Below are positions 42,560 through 54,973 of a stretch of 64,000 nucleotides of DNA, piece by piece. A program made the translations under genes and the position numbers. Below the pieces are notes generated by a model. That model worked only from the letters and a program-made list of their open reading frames with translations. It was not told the DNA's origin and ran no database searches. The DNA lies in assembly GCA_002269645.1 (NCBI GenBank), contig NIVC01002260.1, positions 1 through 64,000 on the forward strand, read 5' to 3'. Source of the DNA: Macrostomum lignano (lineage: Eukaryota). How positions within the stretch are numbered: the stretch's first letter is position 1; each line of letters starts with the position of its first letter.

Positions 42560-44940
42560 TATGGGTACGTACACACGTCCTGTGCCTAAAAATCATAAAA
42601 ACGGCACAACTCAGTTGATTTATCCGTTTCATAAAAATTATAAAGCGTGATAAAAAAGATTAAAAACTGAAGTCTCTGGGGTTGAATTTGTGACGTAAAT
42701 GCATTTAGATGCATTTCATACCGGCAAACCAAATGATACTAAGCTCGTTTTTCTGGCTATCAATATTATCTGTGCGTCAACGTACTTTGCTTTTTCTTTT
42801 CTCTTTGCTGCATAATTTGCTTAAATTATATATACCGTCAAATCTTTAATTCGCGAAATTCAACAATTTCATAGAAAATGTTTTACGCTCGAAGACAAGA
42901 CAAGCAAGACATAAGACAACTACGATACACCAGTTAACAAAATATAGTTTAATTCATATTTGTCAAACAGGCTGTCTAGCCTGATCCACTTTATTATTAC
43001 TACTACTGTTACTACTATTACTTAATCGCGTGGATACATGTGACGTGCCGGTTTCAAAACCAGGTCCCCTTCTAAATCTAAATATACTAAATGTCTAAGA
43101 TTTGTATGTTTGAATGCTTGTCCATAATCTAAATATACTAAATATACATACTATATGTCATGTGTATTCACTCTAGCAAAAAATGAATTAACTCAGAAAA
43201 AACTTATCAAAATATTACTCTGGAACTCACTATTAACCTTCTCAATTACTCAATGAACTATTTTAAGGCTTGATACGAGTCAAAATGCATTCTTTTATAC
43301 TATTTTTCCTGGCTAGGCCTAGTTAAGACAAAATAATAATTAGGACTCGAGCTGTATCGAGGTGAAATATTTTGGAAATTATGAGTAGTTAAACAAAACT
43401 GTCCTAATTTTGTAAAAAAATTGCCAAGTTCAGCTTCCTAGTGTCACTGTGAGCAGAATGACATTATTTGTATATATAGGTTATTTTGGCTCCATTTTAT
43501 GAGCTTAAGTTGATAGGCCCTTATAAGCTTTGTCTTTCAATACCTACCTACCTATAGGCTTTTTAGGAAGATCAGTTTGTAAAGAAAGAGGTTTGGTTTG
43601 TTTGGGTCTTGTTTGAATTTTCAAAATGTTGGGATTGTATGTGTAGTGTGTAGGCCTAGTAGGATAGCTGTGGTTGCCAATTATTTTCCAAAAATAATAA
43701 AGTCAATAGCAAGTATAGCAATCAGATTTGAAGTCAAATTGAATAATAATAAGTGAAGTAATTCAATTCAATATGCTAATAACTTGAGCGAGCACTCGAA
43801 CAATTGACTGCAACTGTAACTACTTAGTTGGGCGTTTTTATTAACCTCAATGATCTAATGAAGTAAATTATCTAAACAAGTTCCAGAACCAGAATAATTC
43901 CAATTTTAGAACCAGAATAACTCTAATTCCAGAACTAGAATTGATAAGAAAATGAAAAGCTGGAAAAGACTTTTAATTTTGTTTTTCCTTGACTTTATTT
44001 CTTTTTGGATATGACAAAAAATGGAATAATTATTATAGGCCTATACCACTAATAAAAAAATTGATTATTTCAAATCTATTTTACTATTAAAATATAGACA
44101 TGACAATTGATTGAGAAAATTTCTTGATCCAAATTCCAGAACCAAAACACAGTTCTGGAACCAATTCTAAAAACAGAATAGGCCTAGGCAATATAAAAAG
44201 CTTCGAATCAATTCTGGTTCTAGAATTGGTAATATTAAAAGCCTATTAGTAATGAAGACTAAAGCCTTTTATATAAGGTTGGAGTGCTAGCATTTACTTT
44301 TTTACCAAAATGCAACTTACCAATAAAAGAAACCCTAAATAAAAATTTATGAAATTTTTCCTATATTAGCAAAAGTAGCTATGGCTATTGTATTAAGGCT
44401 AAGTGTCTCAGCATCTAATTAGTACTATAGGCCTATCTGCATTTTGGATAGGCATTTTTGTAACCTATTTTGCTAGGCCCCTTACTAGCTAGCCAGATTG
44501 GCTGGGTATTGCACATGCATGGTAAAGTAAACTAAATTTGTCAACTTGACAAATTAGATATTGACAAGTGTAATAGCAGCTTTATAGATATATCTTTGCA
44601 TTTTGTCTAACACAAATTATATATTGAAAATCTCTGTTGCTTGAGTCTCTAACCTTAGAGACTGAAGAGCTTTCTTAGGCCCTTTGTATTTTGAACTTTA
44701 GTCCCTATTGGTTTCTGATCCTATACAATGTATATACAAGTGTATAGCCTTGAAAATCTCTAATTGCTTGATTTTCTAACAGGCTAAGAACCTCTATATT
44801 CATAACTTTCTATAGCTATAATCTGTAGCTATGACAGAATTGTACTCACAAGTATACTACCAGGTTAGTTATTTAATGGACTGAGTGACTTAATATAAAT
44901 ATTTAGTAAAAAGAACTAGCAATCTTCGCCCCTGATGGAG
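42560..44940. other. AT-rich, CpG-depleted island with repeated TAGGCCTA palindromes
   Basis: Abrupt composition change. I counted only ~4 CpG against ~50 GpC in 43441-44880. TAGGCCTA at 43314, 43651, 44036, 44179 and 44428. Confidence 0.8.
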
Positions 44941-45039
44941 GACATCTGGATAGAATCCCTGGTCTCTACTAGTAACAAAAAGACAGCAAAATAAAGCCTT
45001 CACAAAGACAACAGACATTCCCTCTAAAAGAAAACATCC

Positions 45040-45205
45040 CCAGACAGCAAGCATCCCCCAGATAGCAAGCAACCCCAGACAGCAAGCATCCCCCAGACAG
45101 CAAGCATCCCCCAGATAGCAAGCAACCCCAGACAGCAAGCATCCCCCAGATAGCATGCAACCCCAAATAGCAAGCATCCCCCAGACAGCAAGCATCCCCC
45201 AGACA
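45040..45205. repeat. ~18-19-bp minisatellite (CCCCAGACAGCAAGCAT)n
   Basis: Directly visible. Confidence 0.9.
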
Positions 45206-45520
45206 GAAGTGCCGCAGATGCGCTTTAGACGCAACTCAGTGATTCTAAAATCTACAGCGACCCTGGCATGCCTTAGAATAGAAATCTGTGGCCCCAGAGT
45301 CGTTTCAGAGTTGCAAACAATTATAAGCCTAAAAAATCGACCGCTTGACAAATTTTTGGCCAATGGTACCATAAAGTCTCATATTAGAGTCATTAGAGTC
45401 AACTGTTTCCTATTTTACCTGTGTTACCTGCACCGGGTATCTAAATTTATCTAAGATATTTGGCATTCCTGTTTGCATCTTGCAGGTGTACCTGAAGGCG
45501 GTCACGTGACTCCCGCAGAG

Positions 45521-48500
45521 ATGGCGCTCTACCTTGTGTGCGGGTCCCGTCACCGCAACGTGTACTCCAGCATGGTCAACGAGAGGCTGAGCAAGCACCT
45601 GCCGAAGTCCGGGGAGTCGCTGCACGCCAGCTACTGCTCAGTGGAGGCCCTTGACGACCGGGGCCTGCAGTTCAGCGGCCTGCTGCTCATTTCCGAGGAT
45701 GACTCCGCTTTCACGGACATTGTCAGCGAGCAGCTTCAGAAGCTCAACCTGACTGTGGCGCCGCTGATCGTGCAGGACACCTGGGAGCAGGGCTGCCTGC
45801 CCGGCCTGCTGCTCTTTGAGTGCCGGGAGGATCCGGCAGAATACGCCAGCCGCCTGCGCGAGAAGAGCTGCAGCATTGTGGGGGCGCACCGGATGGGCTT
45901 CTGTCGGCAGCGGAATTCCCAGATGCAGTTCTACGTGAGTCCGCTGTGTGTGGGATTTGCGAATCTCCCTAGTTGGGATTTTTTACCTCTACTTTTGTAT
46001 TTTATACCCTCGTTTAATAAATCTCTGGTTTTGGAATATACAGTAATGCCCGCATTCGTATTTGATTCACAAGTCGGATTTTCGACATCTGCTTAGCTAT
46101 TTTGGGCCCCCAATTTTAGGGTTTTAGATTCTCGATTCCAAATTTTAATAAATTCTAACTTTGGGACATTTGGAATTTCTGATCCCATATTTGGGATTTC
46201 TGATCCCATACTTGTGATTTCTGATCCCATACTTGTGATTTCTGATCCCATATTTGGGATTTCTGATTACATATTTTTGATTTCTGATCCCAGATTTGTG
46301 ATTTCTGATCCCATATTTGTGATTTCTGATCCTATATTTGTGATTTCTGATCCCAGATTTGTGATTTCTGATCCCATATTTGTGATTTCTGATCCTATAT
46401 TTGGGATTTCTGATTACATATTTTTGATTTCTGATCCCATATTTGTGATTTCTGATCCTATATTTGGGATTTCTGATTACATATTTGTGATTTCTGATCC
46501 CATATTTGTGATTTCTGATCCCATATTTGTGATTTCTGGTCCCAGATTTGTGATTTCTGATCCCAGATTTGGGATTTCTGAATCCAGGTTTGGGATTTGA
46601 ACTACATTGCGCAACGTAGATGTGCAGCGTGAAGTAATCAATCATGCATTAATTCTATCCACCCCACCTTGCCCGCAGGTGCTGGTCGTGGTGCTGACCG
46701 GCGGTCCGCAGGCGCTCAGCTACGTGCGCGAATGCCTGACGCGTTTGATCTGCGCCGACCTGCGCCTGGAGCGGGGGCTGTTCGCCAGGCTGAGCCGGCC
46801 CGGCCTGGCCGACAATCCTCCCTACGTGCCCACCGTGGACAGCCGCTGCCTGAAGACCAGCTTCCTGCTGGTGCGGGGCAGCCATTCCTACGCTGACAGG
46901 GTGCAGAGCAAGTTCAAGACCGCCTTCAGGGTGAGGCTCTCGGGTTGCGTGTTTTGGGATTAGTGTAGCTTTGCATCGGGACTTTCACTGGGACTTCGAG
47001 ATCAGAAACATCCTGATTTTTAGATCGATAATTTTTAGTATATGGATCTCTGGATTCCGGGATCATAAATCTCTGGATTTTGGGTTCATAAATCTCTGGA
47101 TTTCGGGGTCATAAATTTCTGGATTTCGGAATCATAAATATTCTAAATTTCAAGATCAAAAGTGTCTGGATTTTCTGATAAAAAATCTCTGGATTTCAGG
47201 ATCATAAATCTCGATTTCAGGATCATAAATCTCTGGATTTGTCGATTATCTCAGAATTATTGTTATATTTTCTGGTTTTCGGAACTTTTTGCACTGACTA
47301 CTAATAGTAGAAGGTTTGACGGATGCTAAAAGGCGCGCCGTTCATTCTGCCCTCCAGATGACCTCGAAGACCGACAAATACTTCGCCATCCTGGCCATCC
47401 TGGACAAGAGCTCCCCGGCCTACCGCTCCGACCCGGAAAGGCGCGCCCTCATGGACCAGCTGATGAGCTACAAGAACTGCCGGGTTGACGAGGTCTTCGT
47501 TTGCCAGCTGGACTGCAACTCCTGCATGGCGCCCGTGACCTATGCTGTCCCGCCTGTGGGCATCACCTGCTCGCCCTACCTCATGCTAGTCACCGACACC
47601 TGGGGCCCCAGCAAGGCCGCCCTGCTCGAAGCCTGCCGCGGGCAGTCATACAGCTGCTTCTTCACCGCCGGCCCGTCTCGCATCGCCGTGATGCACTTTG
47701 CCGACGCCGGGGACCGCCACTCCACCGCGCTGGCCGTCATCGCGCTTGGCGTGCAGGTTTGTTGCTTTTAGCTTGCTGCATTCCCTTTGCTTTTAGCTTG
47801 CTGCATTCCCTTTGCTTTTAGCTTGCTGCATTCCCTTTGCTTTTAGCTTGCTGCATTCCCTTTGCTTTTAGCTTGCTGCATTCCCTTTGCTTTTAGCTTG
47901 CTGCATTCCCTTTGCTTTTAGCTTGCTGCATTCCCTTTGCTTTTAGCTTGCTGCATTCCCTTTGCTTTTAGCTTGCTGCATTCCCTTTGCTTTTAGCTTG
48001 CTGCATTCCCTTTGCTTTTAGCTTGCTGCATTCCCTTTGCTTTTAGCTTGCTGCATTCCCTTTGCTTTTAGCTTGCTGCATTCCCTTTGCTTTTAGCTTG
48101 CTGTTTTCCCTTTGCTTTTGGATTGCTGCTTTGTCTTTGCTTCTAGCCTGCTGCTTTTAGCTTTCTGCTTTTTTGCTTAGGGTTTGCTGTTGGGTTTGCT
48201 GCCATAAGTTTTTTGGGTTGCTGCTTTGTGTCTCTGGTATTATTCAATATCTCCACATGACGCATGTACGGCATCCACAACCGGCTGAGTTGCGCCAACA
48301 ATCGACAAACCCTCATCCAGGTGTACGCCGCCTTCATCAACGACTGGATCGTACACGTGGAGACCGTGCCCCACGGCCCGCTGCGAGACACGCAGTTCCT
48401 GCAGCTGGTCCGGCCCGACCTGCGCAGCCTCGTCCTTCACGGCCCGCCGCCGCCTTCTATGCGCTCTCCGACGTCGCTTCTGCCGACTCCGCCCTGTCAG

Positions 48501-51500
48501 TCGTCGTTGCCAGCGCCGTTGCAGCACTCATTGAAACCAGATGTGGCCGCCTCAGCCTCCACTGCCGACTCCGCCGAGGCTGAGGTGCCTTCAACATCCG
48601 CTGAAGAGCTCGAAGCCGAGCCCGCCGATGACTCGCTCACCGGCTGGGACACTGACCTGGATGCCGGCTCGCCAATGAGCATCGAATCTGACGGCGAGGA
48701 GGTCGCTCTGGAGGCGGCCGTTGGCGTCGGGGAGGCGCCGGAACCGGGGCTGGTGATCGGCGGCGGCTTTCCCCGCGGCCCGAGAACGCCGTCTGAGTCT
48801 TCGGCTGATGATCAGGCAGGTTGCGGGGGGGACGGTGCAGGGGTATCCCTGTTGAAATTTGCTTCTTTTAATTAAGTATATTTTATCAGTTTGAACAAGA
48901 AAATACACAAGATGAAAAATTGAGCAGTTTGGGGGGCACTTAAAGTATTAGCGTATTTGCGATATGAACTAACAACCATAGATATATCGGTACGATACTG
49001 TATTGGATATTTATTGAACTTTCTAGAAAGGGATACGCACAGCTATTTGCATTAAAAATATTAATCAATATTATGTATCTGACAATTACTATATAAAGTA
49101 CTAAAAGTACGAGCTATATACTATAAACAACAATCCCACTTAATTGTCGGAAACTTATCATTGGAAGATTTAAGTTAATCGCGGTAGATTACTCAGTAGT
49201 CTCTGATATTAAAAATGGATGACAATGACATTAGTTACTTCAGTTACTTCAATTCATATCCATACACTTAATACCAAGCATTGATCGCAGATTTTCAAAC
49301 TGATGCCTGGGAATTGGCTTTGTCAGAATGTCCGCCAGCATTTCAAGGATCAGGCGTCCTTTGAATCGTTCAATGTTTCCGCAGCTGTCATGCTTCACTT
49401 TGAATACCCACTTGCTGCCAACAGTCTCGTCCTTCTGGAAGAGAAACTAATTCCCACGTATCATTTTCTATCAGAGAGTTGTATTCCGAGTCTGTTGCTT
49501 CTTTCCATTGTCACAACTCCAAGCCTCGTCAATCGATCTGGGTTCCAAAATCTCCATGGCTCGAAAAGCACGATGTTGTAACTCTGTTGTACTTAGGCTA
49601 GCTACTTCGAAATTCTCATTGTATTGAAAACGCTCTGGGGTTTTCCTTTGTCGCGTGGTCGTTGGCAGAATTTGTTGGATTTCAGTTTCAATTTCTTCAT
49701 TCAGAGTTGTTCGGCTGTTGTGCTCGTCGAGGTTCACTTCCATATGTGAATTTATCTTTTCATTGTTCTGCTGGAAATCATTCAACTTTCCGAAGTCTCC
49801 CTCATTGAAGATGACATCGTAACGAACAACTGTTTTCCTAGTTCTTTCGTCAAACAATCTGTAGCCCTTTTGATTGTCACTGTAGCCAACGAACCTAAGC
49901 TTGGTAGTCTTCTTATCAAGTTTTTGTCTCTCTAATGTAGGAATGTGAGCATAAGCTACACAGCCAAACGTTCGAAGGTGTGAGATGTTTGGCTTTCGTC
50001 CACACCATCTTTCGTAGGGTGTCATCATTGGCGCTACCGAGTTCGTCGGGACTCTGTTTCGGATATACGCGGCTGTGTTGATGGCTTCTGCCCAATAAAC
50101 ATTGCTAAGACCAGCATGAGTTATCATTGTTCTAGCAGATTCGATGAGAGTACGGTTCATTCTTTCAGCAACACCGTTCTGTTCTGGTGTGTGGGCAACC
50201 GAAATTTCGTGTCGAATTCCTTTTGCAAGTAAAAACGCAGAAAATTCCTTGGACATGTACTCTCCTCCACCATCAGTTCGGAGAACTTTTATTGTTTTTT
50301 CAGTCTCATTAGTCACCTGCGCTTCGAATTCCTTAAACTTCTGGAAGACTTCAGACTTAGTCTTCAGAAAATAGACCTTCACAATGCGAGAGAAGTCATC
50401 GATGAAAGTCGCAAAAAATCGATTCCTGCCAAACGACCGCGTCTGCATTGGTCCACAAATGTCACTGTGCACAAGTTGCAGTACTACTGATGAGCGAATT
50501 TCTCCCACTGATTTGTGATTCTTTCGATGTGCCTTTCCTTCAACGCACGCTTCACAGAAATTCATATCACTCACAATGGAAGTGTCAGTACCCTCGACGT
50601 ACCTTTTCTTGAATAGTTGTTCGAGTTGATTTCTGTGGAGATGTCCTAGACGTTGATGCCACAAATTGGCAGTTTCGAGCTCTGACTTTGTAGTCGTTAC
50701 TGCAGCTGTAGCTAAGTTGCAATCTGCATCACACTCAAGTTGGTACAATCGATCAACTAGTGTTCCAAAGCCTACTAGCTTCCCTGTTTGGTTTCGGATC
50801 CAGCACCTAGTGTGACCAAACTGAATGACATTGTTCTTAAGTGTAGCCGCACGTACACTGAACAGATTGCAGGCTAGTCTAGGTACGAAAAGTACAGATC
50901 CAAGTACTGCGTTAGAACGCTCACCACCAGGGAGTCTCGTGACGATGTTCACTCGTCCAGTTCCGTAAGCTTGAACTGTTAGCCCGTCTCCGAGACCTAC
51001 ATTTTCCGGTTCATCGAATTCAGTGTAGTCTTTTAGAGCATTCCTTTGACAGGTCATATGTCTTGTCGCACCAGAGTCAATTATCCACCGTGCAGTTGTG
51101 TCCTGAGGACCAGTTTTTTCAGAGGTAAGAAATGTAGCGGCACTATCGGCTATCTCGTTGTCCAGGTTCGGATTCGAATGACTCGTACTTTCTGCAGTTT
51201 TAGCTTTATGCAGAGTCGATTTTGAGTTTTGCTGCCTGTTGCTCACGTTGAACCTGCACTCTCTACTGAAGTGTCCTTCCTTGCCACATGTGTAGCACTT
51301 AATTGGTCTGCGTCCCTTAAATTTGTCAACACGAAGAGCAGATTCCGAATCACGGGATTCGTATTTCATAGTTTCATTTCTTCATTAAGCAGTGCTTGTT
51401 GAACCGTCAGCAAAGTCAGCTCCTCTTCCTTTTGGGTCTCCAGAGCCGTAACCAGATGACTGTAGCTGTCAGGTAGACTGCTAAGAAGAATCACAACCTG

Positions 51501-53087
51501 GTCTTCGTCAGACACAGCAGCATTATGGACTCCAGCTTGTCAGTTAACTCCTTCAGACAGCGAATGTGCTCCTGAACTGGAGTCCCATCAGTCATCTGCA
51601 GTCTAAATAGTTTTTTCTTCAAAAACAAGTTGTTGGCAGTCGAGTCACGTTCGAAATGACCACATAAAATTTGCCACATCTGCCTCGGATCATCATCGCA
51701 TGTAGTCACAAGGTAGATGTACTCACTGCTGAGAGACAGAACTATCATTGCTGCTGCTCGCTGTTGCTGTTCCTTGAATTCATTGCGTCGTGCTTCATTT
51801 GCGTCTTGCTGAAGAACATCTTCTCCGGTAGCTATGCCCCAGAGTCTTCTTGCGATTAAACAATGTTTCATTTGGATTTTCCACGTCATCCAATTGTCCT
51901 TCGTGAGCTTCTCTATGTGCCATTTTTCTTCGCTTGCAGCCATAGCAACGTAACTGATCGACCGAGCGATCAAGTTTCCGGATGGCACGAAGAACCAGAT
52001 TACCAGAATGATCTAGTACATCGAAGTACTCGCAGTGGCCTCGGCTGGGCCCATAACCTGTTGAAATTTGCTTCTTTTAATTAAGTATATTTTATCAGTT
52101 TTAACAAGAAAATACACAAGATGAAAAATTGAGCAGTTTGGGGGGCACTTAAAGTATTAGCGTATTTGCGATATGAACTAACAACCATAGATATATCGGT
52201 ACGATACTGTATTGGATATTTATTGAACTTTCTAGAAAGGGATACGCACAGCTATTTGCATTAACAATATTAATCAATATTATGTATCTGACAATTACTA
52301 TATAAAGTACTAAAAGTACGAGCTATATACTATAAACAACAATCCCACCTGCAAGCTCGGGTATCTCATACTGCAAGCTCAGGTATCTCATACTGCAAGC
52401 CCGAGTATCTCATACTCCTAACTCCCCACAACTATTCCACAGCCTTTGCAGCTCGAAGTCGCGGCTGACGAAGCCGCATCGTCCGGGCCTTCGCCGTCTC
52501 CGCAGCCGGCGCCGCAGCCGCAGCAGCTCGACCAGGCAGGCGGCCTGCTGAGCAACGTCTGCCTGGAGGTGTTCCCGCTCAGCCAGTCCGTCTCGCGCTG
52601 CGACATCGAGCAGCTGCTGCTGGACCAGCGCTGCCCCAACGACGAGGACTGGCACTACGTGCTGCAGACAGTGGGCAACGCCGGCTTCCAGCGGCTGCTG
52701 CTGTTCGCCGAGGACCCTGGCAGCGACCTCTGCCGCTGCTTCCGCTCGCTCCACTCCGGCGGTGGCGGTAATCGCCGGCTGCCCCCGCCGCAGGTACATC
52801 GCCGCTCCATCTTCCACTCGGAGGCTGGCAGCGTCTGTCCGCTGCCGCTGCGGACCGTCGCCTGCTTTCGGCCGCGCGGGCTCTGGCTGTGCGAGCTGCG
52901 GCCCGGCGAGCTGGCCACCGTGCTCCAGTCCCTGGTTGGCCGCCGCCGACAGGTCTGGGCCGACCGCCGCCGACATTCCGTGCTGATCTGCTTTGAGCAG
53001 CACGAAGACGCGGTCAGCTCGTACCTGCTGGTCTGCGTGCAGTGCACCTACCGTGTCGCCTGCTACCTGTGCTTCGGGATCGACTGA
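45521..53087 (+). CDS. Uncharacterised multi-exon protein (~734 aa) with putative degenerate RRM-like repeats; intron 4 carries a Copia element
   Basis: GC3-rich exons 45521-45934, 46679-46930, 47358-47756, 48321-~48815 and 52443-53087, all joining at phase 0. The exon 4 donor is uncertain (CAG/gcaggt GC-AG, or 48843). The acceptor at 45485 suggests possible upstream exons. RRM-like patterns include LEVFPLSQSVSRCDIEQLL and SVLICFEQHEDAVSSY. Confidence 0.7.
46190..46590. repeat. 21-bp intronic minisatellite (GATTTCTGATCCCATATTTGT)n
   Basis: Directly visible. Confidence 0.93.
47050..47240. repeat. Degenerate ~21-bp intronic minisatellite (CTCTGGATTT..GGATCATAAAT)
   Basis: Directly visible. 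Confidence 0.8.
47771..48110. repeat. 25-bp intronic minisatellite (GCTTGCTGCATTCCCTTTGCTTTTA)n, ~13 copies
   Basis: Period 25 (47771, 47796 and onward). Confidence 0.96.
48850..52341 (-). mobile_element. Ty1/Copia LTR retrotransposon, internally deleted for RT/RNase H
   Basis: 283-bp LTRs 48850-49132 and 52059-52341 (TGTTG...CAACA; 2 substitutions by eye). 5-bp TSD ATCCC. PBS GGTTATGGGCCCAG, the Drosophila copia-type half-tRNA-iMet site. Gag from 51943, CYTCGKEGH knuckle, protease WIIDSGA, LWHQRLGH, integrase DICGP / TDGGGEY / NGVAER. The RT start (RFKGRL) is joined to the RNase H end (MLADILTK) near 49350. Confidence 0.95.
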
Positions 53088-53579
53088 CCTATGAGTGACT
53101 AGATTGGGTTCGAGTGACTAGTGAGTGCCTAGATGGTCACTGCGAGTGACTAGTGAGTGACCAGATAGTCACTGCGAGTGACTGGTGAGTGACCAGACCT
53201 CCTCTATGACTTCTGTTTTTTTGCTTCCTGTTGATTCAGTTCACATTGCATTGCAGATTTTGTGTTGCACTTGCTAGTCTATCAGGTATTGTCGGAGTTG
53301 TAGTTTAATTCTTTCCTGACATTTCTTTGCTTGAATTTCTCCTGAGCAGAGCTCTGACGCATTGCATTTTGTCATAATTTTGTCATCATTATTTACTTGA
53401 GCTGTTGAATTGCTAGTGGAAAAACTTCTATTCCACCTGGCACTGTTCGACTCTGTTTAACTGCAGGCTTAATACACACACTGCTTCTCAAGCACTGGCT
53501 CAACTCAGCCCAGCTGCTCTCTGATGCCTCAACTGCTTCTATGAATTGATTTATCGCTTTTCAATTTCTTTCTCTCTGG

Positions 53580-54140
53580 CCCCCACCAAAGCAGGTGACC
53601 CCCACCAAAGCAGGTGACCCCCACCAAAGCAGGTGACCTCACCAAAGCAGGTGACCCCCACCAAAGCAGATGACCCCCACCAAAGCAGGTGACCCCCACC
53701 AAAACAGGTGACCCCCACCAAAGCAGGTGACCCCCACCAAAGCAGGTGACCTCACCAAAGCAGGTGACCCCCACCAAAGCAGATGACCCCCACCAAAGCA
53801 GGTGACCTCACCAAAGCAGGTGACCCCACCAAAGCAGGTGACCCCTACCAAAGCAGGTGACCCCCATTAAAGCAGGTGACCCCACCAAAACAGGTGACCC
53901 CCACCAAAGCAGGTGACCCCCACCAAGGCAGGTGACCTCACCAAAGCAGGTGACCCCACCAAAGCAGGTGACCCCCACCAAAGCAGGTGACCCTCACCAA
54001 AGCAGGTGACCCCCATTAAAGCAGGTGACCCCATCTGAGCAGGTGACCCCATCTGAGCAGGTGACCCCATCCGAGCAGGTGACCCCATGTGAGCAGGTGA
54101 CCCCATCCAAGCAGGTGACCCCATCCGAGCAGGTGACCCC
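53580..54140. repeat. 18-19-bp minisatellite (CCACCAAAGCAGGTGACCC)n grading into (CCCCATCYGAGCAGGTGA)n
   Basis: Directly visible. Confidence 0.93.
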
Positions 54141-54340
54141 AACCCAAAAATTATCCACTCTGTTAATCCGGATGTTTTTGGTTAGAAAAGAGAAAGTGAA
54201 AAGAAAAGTTTATTTGGCTTCCTGAGTTTTCTATCCGGCCCAGAACTCTGGCTGCACAATAGTGCAGTTTTATTTATATTTCAATCCAAACGCACTGTGA
54301 GCATTGCACAGCCTGGCAAGATATGCCCGGAGCAGTTTCA

Positions 54341-54973
54341 TCAGCTTTGTGCATTAATTTGGCCTTGTGTGGTGAAAATCGCAAGGTTATTAGATAGGCA
54401 TACAATTACTTAGGGCTCTGTGCTTACCTTCACAAACCTTTTTGGCTTGATCGATAGCATTGACACGTTTTCACAGCAAGTGGCAACTCACCCTCCGGGC
54501 AGCTGTAATTCACGAACAGGTATTTGTAGTTCTTGGGGCAGGGATCGGAGCCAAAAGCACTGTTGGATGCGGAGATGCTGCAGGTCTGAGCACCCTCACA
54601 CCGCGACTTTGTGTAGCTGAGCGAGTTGGAGCTCCAGCAGTTGTTCATGGAGCTCGTGTGTCTGACGCAGTCAGTGCTGAACTCCTCTGACTTGCCGAAC
54701 ATAGCGAAGTGGATGTTGATGGAGCCCCGCGGGCACGAGATGGACAGCTGCTGGCCCTCGCACACGATTTGGCTCAGCACAGCGGCTGGAATGAGCGGGA
54801 GACCGAGCTTTGGAGGGGGCAGTTGACCTCCCTATAATTGACTGTCAGTGGAGGGCAGTTGACCTCCCTATTCTTGACAGCGGAGGACAGTTGACCCACA
54901 GTCCATGCAACTCACCCAGTGCTCTGGGCATCCCCAAAATCAGGCCAGTCGCTAGCAGTAGTGTCAGCCTCAT
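54341..54973 (-). CDS. Secreted SUEL-type / rhamnose-binding lectin (single Gal_Lectin domain)
   Basis: Signal-peptide exon 54973-54916 (MRLTLLLATGLILGMPRAL). Domain exon 54785-54492 has the RBL cysteine pattern (VCEG..L.ISCP...AMFGK...C...C.S...CEG...C....SNS.FG.DPC..YKYL.V.YSC). The terminal exon 54363-54341 (GQINAQS*, AATAAA ~70 nt downstream) is tentative. Confidence 0.88.
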
